Below are positions 1 through 7,358 of a stretch of DNA of 26,717 nucleotides, in pieces. The notes beneath the pieces are model-generated. The model ran no database searches. It was not told where the DNA came from and saw only the letters and a program-made list of their open reading frames with translations. Origin of the DNA: a virus (Duplodnaviria; Caudoviricetes); IMG/VR virus record IMGVR_UViG_3300047373_000106, positions 1 to 26,717 of that record; one strand, 5' to 3'. Position numbers and translations under genes: made by a program. How positions within the stretch are numbered: position 1 is the stretch's first letter; the number at the start of each line of letters is the position of its first letter.

Positions 1-66
1 TTGAAGTTACTTTGTCCTATGGACGGTGAATACAAGATAGGTAAGTCATGGGCAGAGACACACTAG
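1..66 (+). CDS. C-terminal end of T7-like family A DNA polymerase (partial)
   Basis: Frame 1 reads LKLLCPMDGEYKIGKSWAETH*, the typical C-terminus of T7 gp5-like polymerases (..CP.DGEYK.G.SWAETH); lies upstream of the exonuclease as in T7-like phages. Confidence 0.85.
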   Translation: MKLLCPMDGEYKIGKSWAETH

Positions 67-524
67 AACACGATTACTACTTGAAGGTTGCAGAATTGTA
101 CGATACAGTTGACCTTACATTCCCTATGCCATCCTCAAAGACCCAAAGAATCGGAGCAATAGCAGAGTCAAGGTTTACTACTGAATGTTTAGAGCGAGAC
201 TTTGAGCCTCATGTACCTACCACACCTATGCCTTGGGACTTCATTGTTACTTGTCCAGCAGGTACTTTAAAGGTACAGATCAAAGCTACAAGTAAGAAGT
301 CATCAGCTAATTCATACACTATAAATAGTGGGACAGGATGTAACGGAAAGGTTGCTATGTGTGACTCAATAGATGTGGTGGGTTGCTATGTGTTACCTGA
401 AAAGATGTGGTGGTTAATACCGAGAGAACACATAAAGGGATTAACATTGAAGTTGAACATCCTACCAAATAGTAAATCAAAACATAAAAAATACCAAGAG
501 AACTGGAGCATATTCTATGAGTAA
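48..524 (+). CDS. PD-(D/E)XK endonuclease, group I intron-associated/PDDEXK_5-like; putative free-standing homing endonuclease
   Basis: Motifs IGAIAE..F, PWDFIV and KVQIK match the G..AE / (P)YD / (Q/E)xK pattern of this family; start could alternatively be the Met at 126. Confidence 0.75.
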   Translation: MGRDTLEHDYYLKVAELYDTVDLTFPMPSSKTQRIGAIAESRFTTECLERDFEPHVPTTPMPWDFIVTCPAGTLKVQIKATSKKSSANSYTINSGTGCNGKVAMCDSIDVVGCYVLPEKMWWLIPREHIKGLTLKLNILPNSKSKHKKYQENWSIFYE

Positions 525-1437
525 AACAACCATACTAATTGACGCAGATGTATTAGCATTTGAATCGTCAATCATAGCACAAGAAAATATACAATGGGAA
601 GAGGAGCTTTGGACTGTACACGCAGACATGGCAGTAGCAAAGAACAGAGTCATTGGAAGGATAGAACAATTCAAGGACTTACTCAAAGCAGATGAAGTAG
701 TGTTAGCACTTAGTGACCGAGCAAACTTCAGAAGGAAACTATTCCCTGAGTACAAGTCTAACAGAAGGAAGTCAGTGTTACCTGTCATCTTAAAACCTAT
801 GAAGGAATGGATGATTAATGAACTAGACGCACAGTTGTGGGCTAACATAGAAGCAGATGATGTGTTAAGTATCCTAGCTACTGAAAGACCTAACAGACAA
901 GACAAGCGTATCATCGTATCAATAGACAAGGACTTCAAAGGAGTACCAGGAATATACTACGATTATAACAAAGAAGAATACCATGAACCTACAGAACAAG
1001 AAGCAGATAACTTCCACTTGATACAGACTTTGATGGGAGATTCTACTGATGGATTCAGTGGGGTAAAAGGAGTCGGTCCTGTTGCAGCTGAGAAATGGTT
1101 GAACTCGAACGGATACACTTGGGAATCTGTTGTTGATTTGTACGAGAAGAAGGGACAAACAGAACAAGATGCTTTAACAAATGCTTGGATGGCAAGACTA
1201 CTAAGGAAAGAACAATACAATAAAAAACAAAAACAAATAACAAAATTATGGACACCGAAGAACTACCAAATCACGGACAAAAGGAGAATTACATCACAGG
1301 TGCACAGCGTGACAGGGCTACTGGACGAGGACGATTCAGCCTTATTCCTCCAATCGCCCTTCGATCCCTTGCCAAACGATTTGAAGATGGAGGAAGACTC
1401 TACGGAGACAACAACTGGCACAACGGATTCCCATTAA
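517..1437 (+). CDS. 5'-3' exonuclease (T7 gp6-like, FEN/PIN fold)
   Basis: LIDADVLAF, NFRRKLFPEYKSNR, EADD, SIDKD, QTLMGDSTDGFSGVKGVG, ARLLR..YN..LWTP motifs. Confidence 0.95.
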   Translation: MSKTTILIDADVLAFESSIIAQENIQWEEELWTVHADMAVAKNRVIGRIEQFKDLLKADEVVLALSDRANFRRKLFPEYKSNRRKSVLPVILKPMKEWMINELDAQLWANIEADDVLSILATERPNRQDKRIIVSIDKDFKGVPGIYYDYNKEEYHEPTEQEADNFHLIQTLMGDSTDGFSGVKGVGPVAAEKWLNSNGYTWESVVDLYEKKGQTEQDALTNAWMARLLRKEQYNKKQKQITKLWTPKNYQITDKRRITSQVHSVTGLLDEDDSALFLQSPFDPLPNDLKMEEDSTETTTGTTDSH

Positions 1438-1613
1438 GTAGATTAATAGATAGTATGAATAGACATCTGTTAGCGTTGAACGAGGGAGATGACAAGGAGG
1501 ATCACATAGGTGCTATACTTTGGAATGCCAGTGCTTTCCTGTGGACAGAGGATCAAATTAATAAAGGTAACTTACCACAAGAACTAGATGACAGGAGTTA
1601 CATAAACAAATGA
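1248..1613 (+). CDS. dATP/dGTP diphosphohydrolase domain protein (DUF5664-like)
   Basis: TGAQRD..GRGRFSLIP, G..YGDNNW..G, S..RHL, EDH.GA..WNA pattern typical of DUF5664. Confidence 0.8.
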   Translation: MDTEELPNHGQKENYITGAQRDRATGRGRFSLIPPIALRSLAKRFEDGGRLYGDNNWHNGFPLSRLIDSMNRHLLALNEGDDKEDHIGAILWNASAFLWTEDQINKGNLPQELDDRSYINK

Positions 1614-1864
1614 TCGCACTAATAAAAGATGACGAACCTATAAAAGCGGATGGATTTGATGAAGCTATTATAGGTGTGGATTATAAACAAGGTAAGTTTG
1701 TGTACGCTATAGAACTTATGTTAGAGAAGATGATGCAAGAACCTAGTAACATGACAATGGAAGAAGCGATAGAATACTTTGACTTCAACATAGGATGTGC
1801 TTATGTAGGAGAGATGACACCAATATATATATGGACTAATACAGACCACAATGACTATGAATAA
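1610..1864 (+). CDS. hypothetical phage protein (conserved acidic family)
   Basis: DGFDEAIIG..VY..EEA.EYFDFNI..AYVGE.TP motif familiar from aquatic phages; ATGA coupling to the upstream gene. Confidence 0.7.
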   Translation: MIALIKDDEPIKADGFDEAIIGVDYKQGKFVYAIELMLEKMMQEPSNMTMEEAIEYFDFNIGCAYVGEMTPIYIWTNTDHNDYE

Positions 1865-2057
1865 CGAAGAAGAACTACTACCAGCTATAAGTGAAACTTT
1901 AGTTAAAAGATTAGAGAAACTATTTCCTGACAAATGTCCTGACTTGACGAACACAGAAAAAGATGTTTGGTTTAAAAGTGGACAAGTGTCTGTAATTAGA
2001 TTCCTTAGACAAACTTATAACGAACAGCTTCAACAAAACATTTTAACAAAAGACTAA
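1851..2057 (+). CDS. small conserved protein, T7 gp6.5-position
   Basis: P.IS..LV..LEKLFPDKCP..WFKSGQVSVIRFL pattern and synteny; start may be 1857. Confidence 0.65.
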   Translation: MTMNNEEELLPAISETLVKRLEKLFPDKCPDLTNTEKDVWFKSGQVSVIRFLRQTYNEQLQQNILTKD

Positions 2058-2059
2058 CT

Positions 2060-2266
2060 ATGTGTATGTCAACACCAGATATTCCTCCTCCTCCTCCACC
2101 TCCAGCACCACCGCCACCACCGCCACCTGTTGCTGAAGCACCTAAGACTGTTAGACAAACGCAGCCTAAGAAGAGAAGAAGAGGAGCACAAGCACAGTTA
2201 GCACGATCTTCAAGACCTACACTTGGTGGTACTTCAGGTGGTACAGGTGTCTATATGTCTTCTTAA
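2060..2266 (+). CDS. proline-rich small virion protein (T7 gp6.7/gp7.3-like)
   Basis: Met-Cys N-terminus, polyproline tract, basic middle, Gly-rich tail (GGTSGGTGV); located ahead of the portal. Confidence 0.6.
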   Translation: MCMSTPDIPPPPPPPAPPPPPPPVAEAPKTVRQTQPKKRRRGAQAQLARSSRPTLGGTSGGTGVYMSS

Positions 2267-2289
2267 TAACAACATAACTATATATCATC

Positions 2290-2607
2290 ATGCTTCGCAC
2301 ACTCTCAAAAAAGACTTTGCTATCATCTGTTACTTCAACAGGGGCTGGCAGTTCATTCTCAGTAGAGCGTTCTAAGGGTTGGACCTTTGTAATCGCTTCT
2401 TCATCAGTAAGTTCAGGAGGTACGGTAGACATAGAAGCCTACATCGGTGGTGCTTGGTATGTCATTCACTCTGAAGTTGTAACAGCAGACGGTGCTGTAA
2501 TGATTAGAGACGATCACGGACACTACGAACAAATAAGAGGTAACCTATCAGCTAGAACTGACGGTACTTACAGCGTATACGCAACTGGTACTACTGACTC
2601 TCTTTAA
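2290..2607 (+). CDS. hypothetical beta-rich virion-associated protein
   Basis: 105 aa, Ser/Thr/Gly-rich beta-strand pattern, first gene of a cluster of adhesin-like genes. Confidence 0.6.
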   Translation: MLRTLSKKTLLSSVTSTGAGSSFSVERSKGWTFVIASSSVSSGGTVDIEAYIGGAWYVIHSEVVTADGAVMIRDDHGHYEQIRGNLSARTDGTYSVYATGTTDSL

Positions 2608-2611
2608 TTAG

Positions 2612-3286
2612 ATGTCTTTGATCTTTACAGAGCAACTCGATAAACCGAGTCAGCTAAGGTCTAAGCCGTCTAATTTACTGCGTCCTATCTTTGGTGCTTT
2701 GTATGGTTTTGATTCTACTGCTGTAGCTCCTGCTAATACATTTACTACTTTAACAATAGCAGATACAGACGCTAACGCACTAGGTATAGATGAAGAGATA
2801 ACCTTTACAGTTCAACCTTCAGTGGAAATAGCAGCTGGTGGTACTTTGACTTTAACAGGAATGCAAGGAACTCAAACAGCTGACAATGCTTCGTTGACAG
2901 TAGGTGGAGCAGGAGCTGCAATCTTTGGGTCTAGTGGTTCGTGGACACAGTCAACAGGTACTTTAGTTTTAACAGTAGCAGGTGGACAGAGTCTACCAAC
3001 AGGTTCAGATACTGTTATTACTTTCACTTTAACTAACTCAGCTTCAATACAAAGTGGTAAGACAGTTAGTGTTAGTTCTAGTACATTTGCTACAGCTAAC
3101 GCTACAGGTACTATATTAAACACAGTAGCCACCTACAATGTAACCACACGAGATACTGAAGCTAACATTCTAGCAAGTACACCAAGCAATCCAAGTGGAG
3201 AAGTTACTAACGCTTTTGGTACGGACACTTACGATTTGTATGTTTGGGACGGTAGTGCTTGGTATATTTACAACAACGATTCTTAA
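2612..3286 (+). CDS. putative fibre/decoration protein (Thr/Ser/Gly-rich beta domain, C-terminal F-x-TDT..WDGSAW module)
   Basis: Ig-like beta-strand pattern (ITFTV, LTLTG, LVLTV, ITFTLTN); C-terminal fibre-type motif. Confidence 0.6.
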   Translation: MSLIFTEQLDKPSQLRSKPSNLLRPIFGALYGFDSTAVAPANTFTTLTIADTDANALGIDEEITFTVQPSVEIAAGGTLTLTGMQGTQTADNASLTVGGAGAAIFGSSGSWTQSTGTLVLTVAGGQSLPTGSDTVITFTLTNSASIQSGKTVSVSSSTFATANATGTILNTVATYNVTTRDTEANILASTPSNPSGEVTNAFGTDTYDLYVWDGSAWYIYNNDS

Positions 3287-3294
3287 ACACAATT

Positions 3295-4134
3295 ATGAGT
3301 ACATTCAGCACTTGCACATCAAGCACACGCCCTGGTTCTCCAGCGAATGGCGATGTATTATTTGAAACAGACACTAAGAATGTTATCCTTTGGGACGGTT
3401 CTAATTGGAGAGGGTATAACAATGATGGTATAAACTTCGGAGCGAATACGAAGAGCTTTGCACCTGATGGTACTGACGATCTATTAACAGTAGCTAACAG
3501 TGGTGTCTTTACATTTGGTGACGGCACTAACGATAGCCCATTTAGTATGTCAACATGGATACGCACTGCTAGTTCGCCAACAAGTGGAGATGGTACTAGA
3601 TTTATAACTCAAGCAAACCCCAGCGGTGCAGGTATTTCAATATTATTTGACATTAATAGCGGCAATGGGAAGTTTGAGTTGCAGATTCGTGACGCATCAG
3701 GTAATTGGATCGGCATCGATAGTACAGTAGCAAGTGGTAATACATGGTATCATGTCGGCTGTACTTACGATGGCACAAAATCTTACACAGGTATTAAATT
3801 GTATTTGAATGGGAACTTAGAGACTACTACTTCAAACATTAGTAGCGGTTCTTACTCAGCGTACAATAATGGAGGCTATCAACTAGTAATTGGCGGATTG
3901 CTATACAACACTACTATAAATAAGTATAACCCATCGGGCACTCTTCAAGACGACGTAGCTATTTTTAACACTGAGCTTACTGCTACGGAAATGACAGGAG
4001 TTTACAATGGTAATTACAATAGGAGTAAACTTATTTCATTGTACCGATTTGAGGACAACACGAACGACTCGTTTGGTTCAAACAACGCAGTAGCACCTAA
4101 CGGAATAACTTACTCTTCAACAGTTCACCCATAA
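3295..4134 (+). CDS. LamG/concanavalin A-like lectin domain virion protein
   Basis: FSMSTWI, WYHVGCTYDG, KLYLNG, LVIG, DDVAIFNTELT, YRFE are LamG jelly-roll motifs; ATG at 3295 (8 nt after the upstream stop) preferred over TTG 3259. Confidence 0.85.
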   Translation: MSTFSTCTSSTRPGSPANGDVLFETDTKNVILWDGSNWRGYNNDGINFGANTKSFAPDGTDDLLTVANSGVFTFGDGTNDSPFSMSTWIRTASSPTSGDGTRFITQANPSGAGISILFDINSGNGKFELQIRDASGNWIGIDSTVASGNTWYHVGCTYDGTKSYTGIKLYLNGNLETTTSNISSGSYSAYNNGGYQLVIGGLLYNTTINKYNPSGTLQDDVAIFNTELTATEMTGVYNGNYNRSKLISLYRFEDNTNDSFGSNNAVAPNGITYSSTVHP

Positions 4135-4361
4135 TGAAAAAATATGTTATATTAGACACTGCGGAGATAAGTTCTGTAGACTTCAATCAAGTGTTAGAAA
4201 CCTCAATAGATTCCTTGAGATACTCAGTAGACGGCAGTAAGTTCCTACTCAAGTACGAAGGCGATACGCCTAGCTTTTTGGAAGGTAAGACCGAGTACAC
4301 CCACTCTGAAATATTAGCTATATTAGCTACTGACGAGTGGACTTCACCTGACCCTGAGTAA
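4134..4361 (+). CDS. small acidic protein accompanying the LamG gene (possible chaperone)
   Basis: VDFNQVLETS..LRYSVDG..K.EG.TPSFL..H.EIL..EW pattern; TAATG coupling with the LamG gene. Confidence 0.65.
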   Translation: MKKYVILDTAEISSVDFNQVLETSIDSLRYSVDGSKFLLKYEGDTPSFLEGKTEYTHSEILAILATDEWTSPDPE

Positions 4362-4362
4362 T

Positions 4363-5922
4363 ATGCAAGAAACAGCACAAGGTCTATACAACTCCTTAGA
4401 GAACCAAAGGTGGTCTTTCTTGGATCGAGGTCGTACCTCATCTGAGTTGACTATACCTTACATAATGCCACCCGATGGTCACAGTCACGCTACTAAGTAC
4501 TACACACCATATCAAGGAGTAGGAGCTAGAGGAGTGAACAACTTAGCTTCTAAGTTATTGTTAGCACTGTTACCACCTAACGCACCATTCTTCCGTCTTG
4601 TTATTGACAGGTATGAATTAGATAAAGCAAAGCAGGAGTTAGGACCAGAGGGAGGAGAGCAGTTACGATCTGACTTAGAGAAAGCATTAGCAGATGTAGA
4701 ACGAAGTGTATCTCAAGAAGTAGAAGTAGAAGCATTTCGAGTGGGAGTGTTTGAAGCGTTAAAGAATTTATTAGTGACAGGAAATACTTTGTTATACTTA
4801 CCTGATGATGGTGGGATGAGAGTATTCAGACTTGATAGGTACTGTGTAAAAAGAGACCCAATGGGTAATGTAACACACATAGCTATTAAAGAAACTGTTG
4901 CTCCAATGATGTTACCTGAGTCTGTAAGAGAGGAAGTATATCGTCAAGAGAAAGAGAACAGTTGTGACTTGTACACCTCTGTAATTAGAGAAGGTAATGA
5001 ATTTGTAGTACAACAAGATGTAAAAGGAATTGTTATTGAAGAGTCAAAGGGTAGGTATCCTATCGAGAAGACTCCGTTCCTACCTCTTAGATATACCAGG
5101 ATAGACGGTGAAGACTATGGTCGTGGATTTGTAGAGGAGTACATCGGTGATCTTAAATCTTTAGAGTCGTTAACAAAAGCGATAGTCGAAGGTAGTGCAG
5201 CAGCAGCTAAGGTATTGTTCATGGTTAATCCTAACGGTACAACTAGAGCTAAGACTTTATCTGAATCTCCTAACGGTGCAATCGTACAAGGTAGTGATGG
5301 AGATGTATCTGTTTTACAACTTAACAAGTTCAATGACTTCCGTACTGCACAAGGAGTAATGAATGGAATAAGTGATAGACTATCTCAAGCTTTCCTACTT
5401 AACAGTGGTGTAGTCAGGGATGCAGAACGAGTAACAGCAGAGGAGATAAGAATGTTATCTCAAGAGTTGGAAGCTGCACTTGGTGGTCTGTATTCTTTAT
5501 TGTCACAAGAGTTTCAAATGCCTGTCGTTACTAGGTTAATGGCAAGGATGGGGAAAGAAGGAAGACTTCCTAAGTTACCTAAAGACATTGTTAAACCTAC
5601 TATTGTTACTGGTGTTGAAGCACTAGGACGAGGTAATGATTTACAAAAGCTTGATCTATTTCTTGCAGGAGCTAATCAAATCGTTGGTCCTCAAGCAGTT
5701 GCAGAATATGTTAATGTATCTGACTACTTCAAAAGAAGAGCCACAGCGTTAGGTATCGAGACTGAGGGATTAATCAAGACAGAAGAAGAAATTCAACAAG
5801 CTATGCAGATGGCACAACAACAAGAGATGATGATGAAGTTGGGTCAACCTGCTGTAGCACCTGCTATCAATGCTGCACAAGAGCAGTACATGGCTAGTCA
5901 ACAACAACCACAAGAAGAGTAA
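4363..5922 (+). CDS. portal (head-tail connector) protein, T7 gp8-like
   Basis: YQGVGARGVNNLASKLLLALLPPN.PFF, GEDYGRG.VEE..GDL..L, RDAERVTAEEIR, LGGLYS.LSQE, TGVEALGRG. Confidence 0.97.
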   Translation: MQETAQGLYNSLENQRWSFLDRGRTSSELTIPYIMPPDGHSHATKYYTPYQGVGARGVNNLASKLLLALLPPNAPFFRLVIDRYELDKAKQELGPEGGEQLRSDLEKALADVERSVSQEVEVEAFRVGVFEALKNLLVTGNTLLYLPDDGGMRVFRLDRYCVKRDPMGNVTHIAIKETVAPMMLPESVREEVYRQEKENSCDLYTSVIREGNEFVVQQDVKGIVIEESKGRYPIEKTPFLPLRYTRIDGEDYGRGFVEEYIGDLKSLESLTKAIVEGSAAAAKVLFMVNPNGTTRAKTLSESPNGAIVQGSDGDVSVLQLNKFNDFRTAQGVMNGISDRLSQAFLLNSGVVRDAERVTAEEIRMLSQELEAALGGLYSLLSQEFQMPVVTRLMARMGKEGRLPKLPKDIVKPTIVTGVEALGRGNDLQKLDLFLAGANQIVGPQAVAEYVNVSDYFKRRATALGIETEGLIKTEEEIQQAMQMAQQQEMMMKLGQPAVAPAINAAQEQYMASQQQPQEE

Positions 5923-5928
5923 AGAAAT

Positions 5929-6696
5929 ATGGCTGAATTACACCGAGTAGAGATTAATGAGAGAGCACCACAGGAGATTGACCCTGAATCAGAAGAAGCT
6001 GTTGATGCAGTATCTGAAGAACAAACACAAGAAACGCAAGAGGATAGACCTGATTGGTTACCTGAGAAATTCGCATCTGCTGAAGCTATGGCAAAGTCAT
6101 ATATTGAGTTGGAAGCAAAATTGGGATCGAATGAAAATCAACAAGAACAAGAACAAAGCGATGAACAACAAGAGGACGACACTACAGAAGATACGAATAC
6201 TAATACTGTTATTGCTGAAGCTAGTAAGGAGTTCTTTGAGAATGACGGTGTTATATCTGAAGAGACCTATAAGAATCTTGCTGAGGTTGGGTTACCGAAG
6301 GAGTTAGTAGATAGCTACGCTGCTGGTCAACAAGCACTACAACAAAGTGAAGAAGGTAGTATCAAAGCTGTTACTGAAGGTAATTGGGATCAAATGGCTG
6401 AGTGGGCTGCTAACAATCTATCTCCTGAAGAAGTAAATACTTTTGATGAAATCGTACAGAACGGTACAGTTGAACAAGCTAAACTTGCTGCTAAAGGATT
6501 ATACGCACAATTTAAAGCTGAGAATGGAGTTAGTCCTAAGCTGGTACAAGGTGCTGTAAATGGTTCATCTACAATGCCTTTTAAATCTAATCAAGAACTT
6601 GCTCGTGCAATGTCTGATCCTCGATACAAAAGTGGTGACAAAAGTTATCACGAAGAGATTGACAGACGCATCGCAGTTAGTCACAATTACCTGTAG
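5929..6696 (+). CDS. capsid assembly scaffolding protein, T7 gp9-like
   Basis: Acidic; RPDWLPEKF..AE..AKSY.ELE.KLG, M..WA..NL, AMSDPRY motifs; between portal and capsid. Confidence 0.93.
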   Translation: MAELHRVEINERAPQEIDPESEEAVDAVSEEQTQETQEDRPDWLPEKFASAEAMAKSYIELEAKLGSNENQQEQEQSDEQQEDDTTEDTNTNTVIAEASKEFFENDGVISEETYKNLAEVGLPKELVDSYAAGQQALQQSEEGSIKAVTEGNWDQMAEWAANNLSPEEVNTFDEIVQNGTVEQAKLAAKGLYAQFKAENGVSPKLVQGAVNGSSTMPFKSNQELARAMSDPRYKSGDKSYHEEIDRRIAVSHNYL

Positions 6697-6719
6697 TTTC
6701 ATTTGGTAGGTTCATATAT

Positions 6720-7136
6720 ATGAAGCCTTGGACTCCATCTTTTTTCTTGCCAGTGTTGGTTCTGGTTCTTTTAGGTGGATGTTCCAAGGCTTCTTTTTAT
6801 CCGTTAGCAGGAAGTGTGGGAGGAGCAACAGTGGGTGCTTTAGGTGGTCCTGGTCCTGCTGCTGGTGGTGCTGCCCTTGGATGGGGAATAGGAGAGGGTG
6901 CTAAATTGATGGAAGAGAATAAAGGATTAGCTAACAAAGTAAAAGCAATCACTGAAGGAGATGTACAAAAACTTGTACAACAACAACTCAATGAAGAGAT
7001 GGATAATGGATTCTTTGATTCTATGTTAGATGAGATATATGGGTTCTTGAAACTATGTCTTATCGGTGTTATCCTTTGGAATGTAGTACCGTTAATCTAC
7101 ACTCGCTATGTTCACAATAAAGCACAAAACAAATGA
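6720..7136 (+). CDS. predicted lipoprotein with glycine zipper and C-terminal transmembrane helix (u-spanin-like architecture)
   Basis: Signal peptide ending LLGG-C21, GxxxG repeats, hydrophobic C-terminal segment FLKLCLIGVILWNVVPLIY. Confidence 0.6.
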   Translation: MKPWTPSFFLPVLVLVLLGGCSKASFYPLAGSVGGATVGALGGPGPAAGGAALGWGIGEGAKLMEENKGLANKVKAITEGDVQKLVQQQLNEEMDNGFFDSMLDEIYGFLKLCLIGVILWNVVPLIYTRYVHNKAQNK

Positions 7137-7237
7137 ATAAACTCATAAAAATTTATAACTCACTTACACAAAAGGAAAAAGCTATTGTCTTGACTGTTCT
7201 GTGTTTAGGTGGAATTATAATACTAAATTTACTTTAA
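7133..7237 (+). CDS. 34-aa single-pass membrane peptide (not in ORF track)
   Basis: ATGA-coupled to the lipoprotein gene; MNKLIKIYNSLTQKEKAIVLTVLCLGGIIILNLL*. Confidence 0.6.
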   Translation: MNKLIKIYNSLTQKEKAIVLTVLCLGGIIILNLL

Positions 7238-7240
7238 ACG

Positions 7241-7290
7241 ACAATTAGTACGACTAATGTCAAGACCCACTGCGGTGGACAATCTCGATC
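7241..7290 (+). promoter_or_regulatory. structured leader (two hairpins) upstream of the major capsid gene
   Basis: ATTAGT-ACG-ACTAAT (7244-7258) and CCAC-TGCG-GTGG (7267-7278) stems in a 121-nt intergenic gap. Confidence 0.4.
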
Positions 7291-7358
7291 AAAGGTTCTA
7301 ACGAAAGTCACAACAAATACATACACAATTATAAACTTAAAATAGGAGATCATATATT

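Noticed and set aside
3256-3294. Possible -1 frameshift fusing the 224-aa adhesin to the LamG protein
   Set aside because: The shared open window is short, has no slippery heptamer, and the LamG gene has its own good ATG at 3295
7252-7310. Hammerhead-like ribozyme (CGAAA present)
   Set aside because: No CUGANGA core and the required three stems cannot be formed
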